Source: an uncultured Gammaproteobacteria bacterium (GTDB lineage: Bacteria > Patescibacteriota > Microgenomatia > Levybacterales > UBA12049). From it: a stretch of DNA of 64,000 nucleotides. Location of the stretch: positions 980,668 through 1,044,667 of the forward strand of contig OZ246394.1 of assembly GCA_965230895.1 (NCBI GenBank), given 5' to 3'. The position numbers were made by a program, and so were the translations under genes. The notes under the pieces were generated by a model. The model saw only the letters and a program-made list of their open reading frames with translations, searched no databases and had not been told where the DNA came from. Positions 51,573 through 62,129 of the stretch are shown here, piece after piece. The first letter of the stretch is position 1. Each line of letters starts with the position of its first letter.

Positions 51573-51671
51573 ATTGTTTTGAAGAGTTGGAGAGGCATTC
51601 AGAGGATGTTTGAAGTAAGAGTTCTTTTTACATGTAATGTTTCATCGCATTTCTCATAACATTCAAGATTC

Positions 51672-52682
51672 TTACTTCTCTTCTGAATCTGATTTCTCAG
51701 CTTCAGAATCCTCAGTTGCTTCTACCGCAACTCCATCTTTTCCTTCAATTTCAATTCGGTATTTTGTCAATTTGTATGCAAGTCGTACATTTTGGCCATC
51801 TTTTCCAATTGCCAAAGATAATTCATCTTGTGGGACAAATACATGTGCAACTTTTTCAGCTTCATCAATTTCTACACGAACATTCTTTGCTGGAGAGAGC
51901 GCTTGAGCAATATATGTTGCAGTATCCTCAGACCATTGGATGATATCAATCTTTTCAAGTCCACCCAATTCTTGGATGATAGCTTGTACTCTTACACCCT
52001 TTTGTCCCACGCATGAACCGACTGGATCGATACCTGGTTGTGTTGAGAAAACAGCAATCTTTGCTCTATTTCCAGGCTCACGAACAACTGCTTTAATTTC
52101 GACACTACCTTGTGCAACTTCTGGAACTTCTCGCTTAAATAATCCTTCAAGTAAACCATTATGCGCTCGGGAAACAACAATTTCTTCACCTTTTGAACCT
52201 TGGCGAATTTCAGAAAGGAAAAATACCAATCTTTGATTCAAATGATATTTTTCATTTGAAATTTGCTCTGAAACAGGCATAATGGCCTCAGCTTTCCCTA
52301 TATCAACAATGATATTTGGACCTGCAAATCGAAGTACCATACCATTTACAATTTGTCCAATTTTAACTCGGTAATCAGTAAATATTGCTTCCTTTTCTTT
52401 CTCTCTTATTTTCTGGAGAATAACTTGCTTTGCAGTTTGCGCAGCAATACGTCCGAATCCTGGAGGTGTAACATCCTTATCATTTTGGAAAATTTTTGCT
52501 TCACCTGAATTAGGATCCAATACTGCTCGGTATTCATCAACCTCAACACCAGGGTGATCTTTCCGATATGCTGCCAAGATAGCGTTCTGGACGGTATCAA
52601 GCACAACATCGACGTCAACCCCTCGTTCTGAGGCGACTTGATTTAAAGCTAATGCGAATTCACTACGTTGTATAGCTGGCAT
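51672..52682 (-). CDS. nusA: transcription factor NusA
   Basis: FGRIAAQTAKQVI, REPG.RAKIAV, GSCVG.KG.R, AIGKDGQNVRLA; start set at MPAIQ. Confidence 0.97.
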   Translation of the reverse strand: MPAIQRSEFALALNQVASERGVDVDVVLDTVQNAILAAYRKDHPGVEVDEYRAVLDPNSGEAKIFQNDKDVTPPGFGRIAAQTAKQVILQKIREKEKEAIFTDYRVKIGQIVNGMVLRFAGPNIIVDIGKAEAIMPVSEQISNEKYHLNQRLVFFLSEIRQGSKGEEIVVSRAHNGLLEGLFKREVPEVAQGSVEIKAVVREPGNRAKIAVFSTQPGIDPVGSCVGQKGVRVQAIIQELGGLEKIDIIQWSEDTATYIAQALSPAKNVRVEIDEAEKVAHVFVPQDELSLAIGKDGQNVRLAYKLTKYRIEIEGKDGVAVEATEDSEAEKSDSEEK

Positions 52683-52735
52683 AGAGCTTAGTATACCAGA
52701 TACAAGCGTAACCTTCAACCACCGCGTGGGCAAGA

Positions 52736-55700
52736 TTATGGAGCAACTTCGTTGGAGGTAATCGACTGTATACGAACTAACTCTGGTAGATTAACGACAA
52801 AATCGAGCCGCTGAACAATTTGAAGGGAAGGATTATCAAGATTATTACCGCATAGATCTCTATTATTCTGAAGCTTTCCACCTGATTGTGCTGCATTAAC
52901 GATGAGTACACCTGCAATGTTTAAGCGTAGATCTGCACAGGTGTTTGTACTTTGCATAATAAATGATTTATCTGTACTAAAGATTCCTGCAAGGTTTGTA
53001 GTACTGGAGCTTGGGGCAGACCCAACGGTTGGAGGGACGATAATATTTCCGGAGACGGAGAAAACGACTGTGGAACCGACAGGAGTAACAATATTCCCTT
53101 TAATAGTCAGGTTGCCATTAATAATAAACACATAATGTTGATTCGCCGGGAAAGTAAATCCATTCAAGGAGACGTCACCTGTTGCAGTATACGTTCCTTG
53201 TGGTAGCGTAACTGGCAACGTGCAATTCGAAAGAGTACAAATCGTTGATAGATTTGTTGGAGTCGTATCAGAGGCTTTTACTTTCGCACTGAGATAATCA
53301 TACGATGAGAAAATACCTCCGCTATTTGATGGCACATAAACTTCAGGATATGAATAACCTCCAACAACTTGATTTGTGCTCGATGCTTGACCTACTCCAA
53401 ATTCAGCCTGAGAATCACCAGTAAAGATTACGCCAGGTGTACTACAAGTTGGATTTGAGGTCATCATTGTTTTACCTTCTGGGACTGGATTATCAATACC
53501 ATTATCCATACGTAACTCTCCGCATTGTACCTGCATCCACGGATTGAAGTTTGTGAGATAGTAATTTAAGTTCGAAATATCACCCGGAAGCGTTGTTACA
53601 GTACCGGTCCTACTTTCTTCATTTCCAAATGTATTCATATTATTTAATCCTGAAGCATATTCAGCTTCGATCCAATCTGCAGAACGAGCAACTCTCGCCA
53701 TACGTACTTCGTCAATTTTTCCATCAAAGCACCATGCATAATCAGCCGAGCACGCACCATTGATATCAGCTTGTCCAATTGATGAAGCCTGTGTACCATA
53801 GTCACGTAAAGTCCCGGTATAAGTATTCCCATTGCGTAAAGCTCCATCTACATAGAGGTTCTCCCGCTTTGTTGCCGTATCAACGGTCTCAGCAACGTGG
53901 CGCCAGGTTCCAGAAGTATAAGGAGAAGCGCTTGCACCATAAGCAGTACCTGAAGTGTTATAAACAGTTGAAAACCAGTTACTTCCACTCGCAAAACGAA
54001 GTCCAGTATGCTGCCCTCTTTTTCCTACAACGAAATAATCGTTAAGTCCTGAGCTATTTGGATTTGTATCGGGATTTGCCCAAGCTGTATACGTGAAATT
54101 AGCTTCTGTCAAATCCTGCAGGCTTGAGGAATTAGGAATTGTTATTTTATCGTTTCCGGATGTTCCTCCGTCAAAGTTTTGAGCATTTCCAATTCTTCCA
54201 GCATTTGTACTTAAAGTGAAACCGCTTGCTGTTCCATTATTTGCATTCGAGGTTGAATCAATAACAGTTGTTCCAGACGTTTCAGCCATATGGTAAACGG
54301 CGGCATACCCATTGCTCCAGACATTAGCCTTATTTTGTCCATCAGCTGCATTAGAATTATTGTAGTACATCCAAATATAGTCAGCGTTTGAATTTGCATC
54401 AATTTGAGGAACTTTAACCCAAAGATCCGACGTTCCGTTTTCATCCCATTTTTCAATTTCATGTGCCAATAACGTCACTCCATCAGCGTCTACAAAGCGA
54501 ACATCCTGACCTAGGTTCTGAGTTTTTGCGTAATCCACATTTGTGCTATTCAACGAAACTCTCAAGGGGAAATTGACTAAGCTTTCTGCTGATGCTGTGT
54601 TATTGATAGTTATCTTTTTTCGGGATAACCATTTCGGATCCCACCAGTCTATTGTAGGTTCTTCAGCTGAGATACCATCACTCGTGTAAACTTCAATTCC
54701 AGAAAGATTAAAATCCCCTCCTGTTTGGAAAAAGGACAGACTTCCATCTGAAACTGTTACATGATATGGTCCAAGCTTTTTCCAGGTTCCTGCGTTACCA
54801 CTTTGCAAATTAGACTCCTTTGCTACCCCTTCAAAACCAATATTATATGTGGTCGATGTAGTATCTTCCCAAGTATAAACATATACTGAATACTCTCCAT
54901 TGGTTATGGGAATTTCTGCGTTCAGTTGGATATTGCCGCCTCTCCATATTGAAGATCGTAGCATTTGTGCCTTATTTGCACTAACTGAAGGACTTAACGT
55001 AATTCCTTGGTTCTGGAAATTTGTACCATTTGTTGTAATTCCTGCTGCAGATTGAGCTTGAAATGTTGTACCATCTACGTCTAATTGTGGTCCGTTAAAG
55101 TTCACTGCTTTTATAAGAGTATTCGCTGGCAGCGTTGAACTTGGTGTTCCTTCATACAATTGCACATCGTCGATCCAAACTGTTCCAGTTGCAGTTGCAA
55201 CTTGGAATCCTACAAGAGCATTATCTGTTGTTTCTGTTGGCTGGAATGTATATGTATATTGCTGCCAACTACTCGTAAGCGATGCAGTCTTGCGAGTGTA
55301 AAGAGTATACGGATCATTCCCGTTTTGGACAATCGCATCCATAGTCCTGTTTCCCGAGGCCTTTGCCCAAAAGCTTAATGTATAGGTTTTGCCTGCAGAA
55401 ACTGGGACGCCGTAGGTTGCAAGTTCTAAATCTTGAAGATTGCTCGTCGTCGTAGTAACGACTATTTGCGCAGAATATGCTCCATGTGTGCTTGTTGCAT
55501 TTGTAGCTGTAAATGTACCATTTGCGCTGCCTTTTTTTTGTAAGAACCAATCCGTGGTCCCCAATTCATAACTCCAATTCTGGACAAGATTCTGCCGACT
55601 GCCTGGAGTAGGAGTCACCGTAGCAGCATCGATCAATTCCATATCATCAACATAGAAACTGTTCCCAGAGACAGCTGAATCCTGGACGATATAATAATCA

Positions 55701-56185
55701 ATACTATCAACCGCTGAAGTAACTGTTACCGTAGCAGTAATTTTTTGCCAATCAGTAGTCAGATTGACGATAGGACCAGAAGTCATCGTTTTGTTACTAC
55801 CTGTCCATTGCCTCAAGATGATATGAATCGGTTTCCCAACAGCAGTTGTTGATCGAACCCAAGCTGTTGCGGTATATGTTTTCCCTACCGGAGGATTGGT
55901 AATTGGATCTTGGTTATCATCTATTGTGTAGTAGTCTCCAACTGATCTTGTTACCAGACAAGATGCAGACCCACTATGTGCGACATTTGTCACCCGTGTT
56001 AACGTTCCCTGATACGAATTCCATGAAGAAGTATTTGTTTCGCACCCGGGATTTGGGATCAGATTGGCATAAGCAATATTATGAATCGAACTTAATGAAA
56101 AAATTACCCCAGAAATAATAAGCATAAAAGCTAGTACTGTGAAGATGATTGAATGATGTTTTTTTGAAAGAAATATGCTTTTCAT
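52736..56185 (-). CDS. secreted multidomain protein: signal peptide, 2x CBM4/9-like, malectin-like, DUF2341, LamG, C-terminal beta-rich domain
   Basis: NLIPNPGCE and NLVQNWSYE domains; DVRFVDADG..L.HEIEKW..LWVKVP; FDGKIDEVR..ARSADWI; start set at MKSIF. Confidence 0.8.
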   Translation of the reverse strand: MKSIFLSKKHHSIIFTVLAFMLIISGVIFSLSSIHNIAYANLIPNPGCETNTSSWNSYQGTLTRVTNVAHSGSASCLVTRSVGDYYTIDDNQDPITNPPVGKTYTATAWVRSTTAVGKPIHIILRQWTGSNKTMTSGPIVNLTTDWQKITATVTVTSAVDSIDYYIVQDSAVSGNSFYVDDMELIDAATVTPTPGSRQNLVQNWSYELGTTDWFLQKKGSANGTFTATNATSTHGAYSAQIVVTTTTSNLQDLELATYGVPVSAGKTYTLSFWAKASGNRTMDAIVQNGNDPYTLYTRKTASLTSSWQQYTYTFQPTETTDNALVGFQVATATGTVWIDDVQLYEGTPSSTLPANTLIKAVNFNGPQLDVDGTTFQAQSAAGITTNGTNFQNQGITLSPSVSANKAQMLRSSIWRGGNIQLNAEIPITNGEYSVYVYTWEDTTSTTYNIGFEGVAKESNLQSGNAGTWKKLGPYHVTVSDGSLSFFQTGGDFNLSGIEVYTSDGISAEEPTIDWWDPKWLSRKKITINNTASAESLVNFPLRVSLNSTNVDYAKTQNLGQDVRFVDADGVTLLAHEIEKWDENGTSDLWVKVPQIDANSNADYIWMYYNNSNAADGQNKANVWSNGYAAVYHMAETSGTTVIDSTSNANNGTASGFTLSTNAGRIGNAQNFDGGTSGNDKITIPNSSSLQDLTEANFTYTAWANPDTNPNSSGLNDYFVVGKRGQHTGLRFASGSNWFSTVYNTSGTAYGASASPYTSGTWRHVAETVDTATKRENLYVDGALRNGNTYTGTLRDYGTQASSIGQADINGACSADYAWCFDGKIDEVRMARVARSADWIEAEYASGLNNMNTFGNEESRTGTVTTLPGDISNLNYYLTNFNPWMQVQCGELRMDNGIDNPVPEGKTMMTSNPTCSTPGVIFTGDSQAEFGVGQASSTNQVVGGYSYPEVYVPSNSGGIFSSYDYLSAKVKASDTTPTNLSTICTLSNCTLPVTLPQGTYTATGDVSLNGFTFPANQHYVFIINGNLTIKGNIVTPVGSTVVFSVSGNIIVPPTVGSAPSSSTTNLAGIFSTDKSFIMQSTNTCADLRLNIAGVLIVNAAQSGGKLQNNRDLCGNNLDNPSLQIVQRLDFVVNLPELVRIQSITSNEVAP

Positions 56186-56186
56186 A

Positions 56187-59132
56187 TTATTCACACTTCG
56201 CTCCAGTTGCGCCATTTGTATTACATTCTGGGCCAAGTGTCACTTGAAATGATGGAGGAGGTCCATTGAGCGGATATGTCATCCTGTATCCAGTCGTCAG
56301 AGGAGAAACAAGGGAAACAGTATACGTTCCAGGAGGCAAAGCTCCACTAGAATACGATCCGTTTGAAGTTTCAACAGTTTTCCTCGTCGGTCCTGAGAAG
56401 AAAATAAGCATAGGATCAGTAATAAGTGTGTCTGGTGGCGCGAGATTAAGATCCTTATCAAAGTCTTTAACAATATTTCCTGAGATAGTAAATCCTGTCG
56501 CATTCCCAAAATCGATATTATCGTAGGAATTTCCAGATTCGACACTTAAATTATATGCTTTTGTATCAGTTGTCTGATACCAACCCGCCTGCACAACTTC
56601 TGTGAATGTAAAATCCTTCGTACATAATCCTGTAAATGAGAACTGGCCTGCTGAATTCGTCTTGGCGGTGATAGGAACGTCCAAATCTTCTGCTGAAGCC
56701 TGAACTGTCCAGTTATACAAGGGAAGGTCGCCTCCATCGTATACTTTATTTGTATTCTTGTCATTGAAGATCATACCGTTAACGACACCGGTTCCAATAT
56801 CTTCTGCAATACTTTGATAAATTGATTCAAGTGTTGAAGTAGATGGAGAATTGTAGAATCTTCCACCGTTCGTATCAGCAAGCTGTTGCATAAAGATAGG
56901 ATCAAACGAGCCGGATCCTTGTCCAATACCAATAACTTGATAGATAATGTTTTGTGCATTTACACCGTTAATTGTGGCGGTCATAGCAGCATTTTCAGCA
57001 GCATCAATAGAGACATTTCCCCCATTTGAACCAATTATTTGATTTGTAGCACCATCTGTCATAACAATGACAACTTTTTGAGCATTTCTTGTAGATCTAC
57101 TAAGCTCTCCATTCCCTAAAACAATTCCGCACTCTACACATGTACCGCCTCCATTATCTGGGACTGCACTAATAGCGTTTTTAATAGCGGATGTATTCGT
57201 AGTAAGTGGTTGAGAAACACGGGTATTCACATCATTTGGATAATTATTACTCCCTGAGAAAACAGTCAATCCATATTGTGCATTTTTGACATGAGAAGAG
57301 ACAATATCGATGAAGCTACTTGCTGCCCGCTTTGCGGCAAGCATTTTTGTCATACCTGTTGTTGGATCTGTTTCTTGCATACTTCCAGAATCATCAAATA
57401 CAAGCATAATATCGACACCATTTGCACTACATGATCCTCCGACCTTTGTAGTCGTACTTTCGACAATACCAAAGTTAACCGTCTTATCTGTCGAAAGCGG
57501 AAAATTAAGCGAATTTGCAGTAGTACTTCGATAACCGGTTGGCGTATCAACCCGAATTGTATAGTCACCGCTCGCCTGATCAGCAAAGAGATAGCCTCCA
57601 CTAACATCTGTTGTTTTTGTAACAGGTGTCGTCTTCGTCAATGTAACTGTTGCTCCCTGATAAAGCGGTTCACTCGGATCTAATAACCCATTCTTATTTA
57701 AATCTATAAATACTTTTCCGGTAACGTTATAAAGTGTTACCATTCCGAATTCAACTGTTTTCGCAGGCGTTCCTCCAGCAGTACCTGCAGTAGAAGGAGG
57801 AGCAAAGGTAATTGTCTGAGTGTTTGTTGTTGTACTCTTTTTCTTGGCAGGAAGTGTATATGTGATTGTATATGTTCCTGCAAAAAGATTTGGGAAAGAG
57901 AAATTTCCGGAGTTATCTGTTACAGCAGAACCTGTAGCAGTACCCGAGAGTACAATTGTTACCCCAGGTTCCACAGAGTCGCCATTACCTCGTTTTCCAT
58001 CTTCATTTTTATCTTCAAAAATCGCTCCTGAGATAGTAAAAAGAGGTACAATTCCGAAATTGAGTGTTCTATTTGGCCCTACTGTAAAATTCGCTTCCGA
58101 TGGCGTTGATGCCTGATAATTAGCGGGCAAAGGGAATTCCGCGTTATAGGTACCAGCAAAAAGCTGTGCTGTATAGCTCCCATCTGAGGCACTTCGCGCA
58201 GTTACGGTAGTAGGACCAGTAAATGTAATTGTGCCTCCAGTGTAATTACCATCACCATTATCGTCGACACTGTTTCTGTTATTGTCTAAAAATATCATTC
58301 CGGAAACTGTGTAATATTGTGCAACTCCAAAGCTTACCGACTGATTCGAGTTTAGCGTCACAGATCTTGGATTTGTATTTGTAGCCTTATATCCCCCTGG
58401 AACAGCGATTGTCACAGTATAGGTTCCAGCAAACAATGCCGGGAAAGTGAAATCTCCATTTTCATCGGTTGTTGTACTTGTTGATGTTGGACCTGACACA
58501 GAAACAGTTATGCCACTATTTCCTGATTCACCAGCATCCTTTGTTGTATCAATATCTGTATCTGTAAATACATTTCCTGAAAGAGTATGGACAAAACCAA
58601 TACCAAAATTAACAGTTTTATTGGATGTTAGAGAAACAGATTGTGGATTTGTCGAAGTATTTTTATAACCATTTGGGACAGTAATCGTAACTGTATAATC
58701 ACCCCTCGGAAGAGTCACAGAATATCCTCCCGTTAAACTTGTCGTTGTTGTTGTAGACGAGGCTCCAGTAATTGTAACAGTAACGCCACTCACCCCAGCT
58801 TCAAGTGTATCTTTATTTCCATTTGCATTTGCATCAACATAAATAGTTCCTGAAAGAACTGCCGTTGGAATAGGTGTAGGAGTCGGAGTGGATGTCGGAG
58901 GAGCAGGAGTTGGAGTGCTTGATGGTGTCGGAGATGCAACTACCTGTGCAATCAAATCACCAAGTACTCCTTGCTGCTTTTTTTCTTGCTGAGGCATAAT
59001 TAACTGCTCAATTTGTTGCAGTTTTTCTGGGTAAAAGATACTTGCAGCACTTGTAATAATTCCTACAAAAACAATCGCGACAAAAACTGTATTGATAATT
59101 TTAAAAACATTTAATCGAGGTTTTTTTAACAT
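56187..59132 (-). CDS. membrane-anchored adhesin with seven SdrD-B-like repeats and a vWA domain
   Basis: Repeated SG.(I/V)F.D.N.(N/D)G..D..E...(V/L)NFG units; MIDAS motif DDSGS..T..DG. Confidence 0.82.
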   Translation of the reverse strand: MLKKPRLNVFKIINTVFVAIVFVGIITSAASIFYPEKLQQIEQLIMPQQEKKQQGVLGDLIAQVVASPTPSSTPTPAPPTSTPTPTPIPTAVLSGTIYVDANANGNKDTLEAGVSGVTVTITGASSTTTTTSLTGGYSVTLPRGDYTVTITVPNGYKNTSTNPQSVSLTSNKTVNFGIGFVHTLSGNVFTDTDIDTTKDAGESGNSGITVSVSGPTSTSTTTDENGDFTFPALFAGTYTVTIAVPGGYKATNTNPRSVTLNSNQSVSFGVAQYYTVSGMIFLDNNRNSVDDNGDGNYTGGTITFTGPTTVTARSASDGSYTAQLFAGTYNAEFPLPANYQASTPSEANFTVGPNRTLNFGIVPLFTISGAIFEDKNEDGKRGNGDSVEPGVTIVLSGTATGSAVTDNSGNFSFPNLFAGTYTITYTLPAKKKSTTTNTQTITFAPPSTAGTAGGTPAKTVEFGMVTLYNVTGKVFIDLNKNGLLDPSEPLYQGATVTLTKTTPVTKTTDVSGGYLFADQASGDYTIRVDTPTGYRSTTANSLNFPLSTDKTVNFGIVESTTTKVGGSCSANGVDIMLVFDDSGSMQETDPTTGMTKMLAAKRAASSFIDIVSSHVKNAQYGLTVFSGSNNYPNDVNTRVSQPLTTNTSAIKNAISAVPDNGGGTCVECGIVLGNGELSRSTRNAQKVVIVMTDGATNQIIGSNGGNVSIDAAENAAMTATINGVNAQNIIYQVIGIGQGSGSFDPIFMQQLADTNGGRFYNSPSTSTLESIYQSIAEDIGTGVVNGMIFNDKNTNKVYDGGDLPLYNWTVQASAEDLDVPITAKTNSAGQFSFTGLCTKDFTFTEVVQAGWYQTTDTKAYNLSVESGNSYDNIDFGNATGFTISGNIVKDFDKDLNLAPPDTLITDPMLIFFSGPTRKTVETSNGSYSSGALPPGTYTVSLVSPLTTGYRMTYPLNGPPPSFQVTLGPECNTNGATGAKCE

Positions 59133-59226
59133 GCGTAATAAGAAGAGACTTCTCTCCCTATAACCATTATAGGAAGTTACTCCGCCTCAGGCAATGCTAA
59201 GATTTTAAGAAAGGATAGGAGAGAAA

Positions 59227-61635
59227 TCAGGAGACATCAGCATGAAGTGCGCCTGTACCATCAATAGTAAAGTTAACTTTTTTACCACGATCTATTTCCT
59301 TCGTCAAACGTTTCTGCGCAATAATATCTTCAACTGTATCTTGTAAATATCGTCGTAAAGGACGTGCCCCAAAGTCTTTATCAAAGCCTTCTTGCGTAAT
59401 CTTTTCAATGACGGCGTCGTCAAAAGTTAATGTAATATCCTGTGCCGCCAATGACTTTGTTAATTGAGCTAATAATAACTTTGTTACAGCAACGACTTGC
59501 TCTGGACCAAGCGGATTAAAGGTCACGACATCATCAAAACGATTGAGTAGCTCTGGTTTGAAAATACCTTTTGTTTGTAACTGCTCCAGCAACCTTTGCT
59601 CAAATTTCTTATCAATCGCAGTACCTTTCTCAACTTCTTCACGAATAAATTCTGAACCGGCATTTGACGTAGCGATAATAATTGCATTGCGGAATGATAC
59701 TGTTGTTCCTTTATTATCAGTCAATCGACCATCATCGAGAACTTGCAAGAAAAGATTATGGATTGCAGGATTTGCTTTTTCAAATTCATCGAGCAAAATA
59801 AGTGATGCTGGATTATCATGAATTTTATCAGTCAGTTGGCCTCGGTCTTCTCCCTCGCCAGGTGCAGCTCCCAATAATCGCTTTAATCCATTCTCGTCAG
59901 TATATTCACTCATATCCAAACGAATCATGTGCTGCTCTCCTCCAAAGTAAAATTGTGCTAAAGCTTTCGCAGTCTCTGTCTTACCGACACCCGTCGGACC
60001 TAAAAAGAGAAAAGAAATAGGACGTTCACTGGTCGTCATACCAGAGCGGATACGTCGCATTGCTTCACTAATCGCTTTCACCGCGGTATCCTGGGCAATA
60101 ACTCGCTCATGCAGCTTGTCTTCGAGATGTAAGAGCAGATTAATTTCTTGTCCTGTTGGGAGTGCAATTGAAACATGGCTTGTTGCTTCGACTTTTTTAA
60201 CAACATCTTGTTCGAGCACCATCTTACGATGTGACTTTTCAAATGATGGACGTTCTTTTTCCTGAGAAACAGAATTAGCCACAGTTTCAAGCAAAGAGAC
60301 TGCACTTCCTGGTAAAACTTGATCCTGAAAAAAACGATTAGCAAGTTCAACAGCACTCAAAACTGCACGATAACTGATAATTACTCCATAGGTATTTTCT
60401 ATTTTAGCTGCTTCTCCTAATACCATCTGGATCGCATTAGCAGGCTCAACCGGTTTTAGTTCAACAACGGCAAAGGCCTCTTTTAAAGGATTTTTTTCCA
60501 TATACGTTTTGTAACTTCCAGTTGTCATTGTGGCGACCATGGGAATATTTCCACTTTTTAGGTATGGCAAAAGCGCACCTGAAAGATCCAGTCCATATGA
60601 TGATGCACCTAATATATTTTGAAAATCAGGGATATAGACAAATACATCATTTGCATGAGAGATCTCGGCAATAATATTTTGTAGTCGTAATTCAAGGTCA
60701 TTACGATTTCCAGCACCAGCTGTTAGCGCTCCGACCAGTAATTGGAAAATTCGCTTATGATTAAGATAGCCGCCTAGATTTCCAGTGAAACTATGATACG
60801 CAAGCGCTCGGACTAAGTTCTCTTTTCCTGATCCGATATCGCCGACGATAAGCACATTATTATTTTCAATTTTCGTAAGCCCTTCCAAAACCATTTTAAA
60901 TTCTGACTCTCGCCCACCAATATGTGGTTCTGTTCTTAAAGCGTAGTTTGTAAATAATGCAGTATATTTTTTTGTTTCAGGAGTCCAACCTGAGGTAAGC
61001 GCTTCACCAATTCCTCCACCTGCAAAATTAATTCGTACCGGTTTTGGATTTTCTTCATCTGGTAAGTCGAGACGAACCCAATAGAGGATATTGTATAAGT
61101 CTGTTATCTTGAGCTGTTTGGCAAATAATATCTTTGTATCCTTTTCAATTAAGAAGAGATATGCCACAAGAACATCCAAGGTGGTTACATACTTTGCTTT
61201 AAATGTCTGAGCTGTTTGAAATGCACTTTGTGCAAGTAATTTTTTATCAACTTCCTGCACTACAAGATCTTTACTGGTGATATTAGCTTTTTGCAGGACA
61301 AGTTTCACTTGAGGGTAAGTCATAAGGCGCTTAATTAATGACGTTGCGTTAGGTTCTGTTATAAATCCATACAATGCAGCCATAGTAAATGATTCATACA
61401 TATTCTCTTCTTTATTTTTGGAGACTTCAATTTTGGGAACTGCACGGCTTATCTTGTAATGAAAGAATACCTCAAACATTACAAACAGATTAAAAAGAAA
61501 AACACTAAAGTTGGCTGGAATATCATTTGATACTTGATACAGTATTAAAGACAATAGCATCGCACAAGCGACAAGTCTGATGCTTCGCACGAGTGCGGTT
61601 CTATAAAATCGGTATAGTCGGACAGATAATTCCAT
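59227..61635 (-). CDS. membrane-anchored ClpA/B-family AAA+ ATPase
   Basis: Two N-terminal hydrophobic segments; degenerate D1 (GDIGSGKE); intact D2 (GPTGVGKT, RLDMSEY, LLDEFEK, FKPELLNR, FGARPLRR). Confidence 0.88.
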   Translation of the reverse strand: MELSVRLYRFYRTALVRSIRLVACAMLLSLILYQVSNDIPANFSVFLFNLFVMFEVFFHYKISRAVPKIEVSKNKEENMYESFTMAALYGFITEPNATSLIKRLMTYPQVKLVLQKANITSKDLVVQEVDKKLLAQSAFQTAQTFKAKYVTTLDVLVAYLFLIEKDTKILFAKQLKITDLYNILYWVRLDLPDEENPKPVRINFAGGGIGEALTSGWTPETKKYTALFTNYALRTEPHIGGRESEFKMVLEGLTKIENNNVLIVGDIGSGKENLVRALAYHSFTGNLGGYLNHKRIFQLLVGALTAGAGNRNDLELRLQNIIAEISHANDVFVYIPDFQNILGASSYGLDLSGALLPYLKSGNIPMVATMTTGSYKTYMEKNPLKEAFAVVELKPVEPANAIQMVLGEAAKIENTYGVIISYRAVLSAVELANRFFQDQVLPGSAVSLLETVANSVSQEKERPSFEKSHRKMVLEQDVVKKVEATSHVSIALPTGQEINLLLHLEDKLHERVIAQDTAVKAISEAMRRIRSGMTTSERPISFLFLGPTGVGKTETAKALAQFYFGGEQHMIRLDMSEYTDENGLKRLLGAAPGEGEDRGQLTDKIHDNPASLILLDEFEKANPAIHNLFLQVLDDGRLTDNKGTTVSFRNAIIIATSNAGSEFIREEVEKGTAIDKKFEQRLLEQLQTKGIFKPELLNRFDDVVTFNPLGPEQVVAVTKLLLAQLTKSLAAQDITLTFDDAVIEKITQEGFDKDFGARPLRRYLQDTVEDIIAQKRLTKEIDRGKKVNFTIDGTGALHADVS

Positions 61636-61642
61636 AATCTAA

Positions 61643-62020
61643 TTACAAAAATAATAACCAAATCGTTGCAAACGGCAAGAATATATAACCCAGAAACACA
61701 GTAATTTCAAAGAGAAGTAATAGGAAAAGCATTAATACATCAGCAAGAATAAGCCATGTTTTGACAAAGATACCCATAGCCCTTGAAAAACCGACTAATC
61801 CTTGTCTGTATTCATTTTTTATAGGTTGAAAGTACGTCTTTATAAAAAGTGGTAATGAAAATAGATGAAAAAATGAGCTATTCAGGGAAGCAAAGAACTG
61901 GAGTAAGGAAAGTGGACTTTCATAAAACCAAAATTTTAAAAATAGAATCGGTACATTTAAATAGCTTCTATGCCAAACAAAATGAGGTAAGTGAACCTGG
62001 ACAGGTTTTGTATTTTTCAT
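61643..62020 (-). CDS. small hydrophobic membrane protein
   Basis: FW..F.L.L..KT.F.P.K pattern and C-terminal TM segment(s); 7 nt upstream of the Clp ATPase. Confidence 0.7.
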   Translation of the reverse strand: MKNTKPVQVHLPHFVWHRSYLNVPILFLKFWFYESPLSLLQFFASLNSSFFHLFSLPLFIKTYFQPIKNEYRQGLVGFSRAMGIFVKTWLILADVLMLFLLLLFEITVFLGYIFLPFATIWLLFL

Positions 62021-62129
62021 ATTCCCAACACAAAGAATCCGAACGAATTCGGTCCTTATCTTAAGTATATGCAGTCGAACTGATAATTACAATGCAAGGA
62101 AACACGAGTGGGACAGAGAAGTTAAGAAA

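Noticed and set aside
56185-56236. Frameshift or read-through joining the two adhesin ORFs into one protein
   Set aside because: The downstream ORF has its own ATG 1 nt after the stop and its own signal peptide; the 50-nt overlap in the ORF track is a start-call artefact
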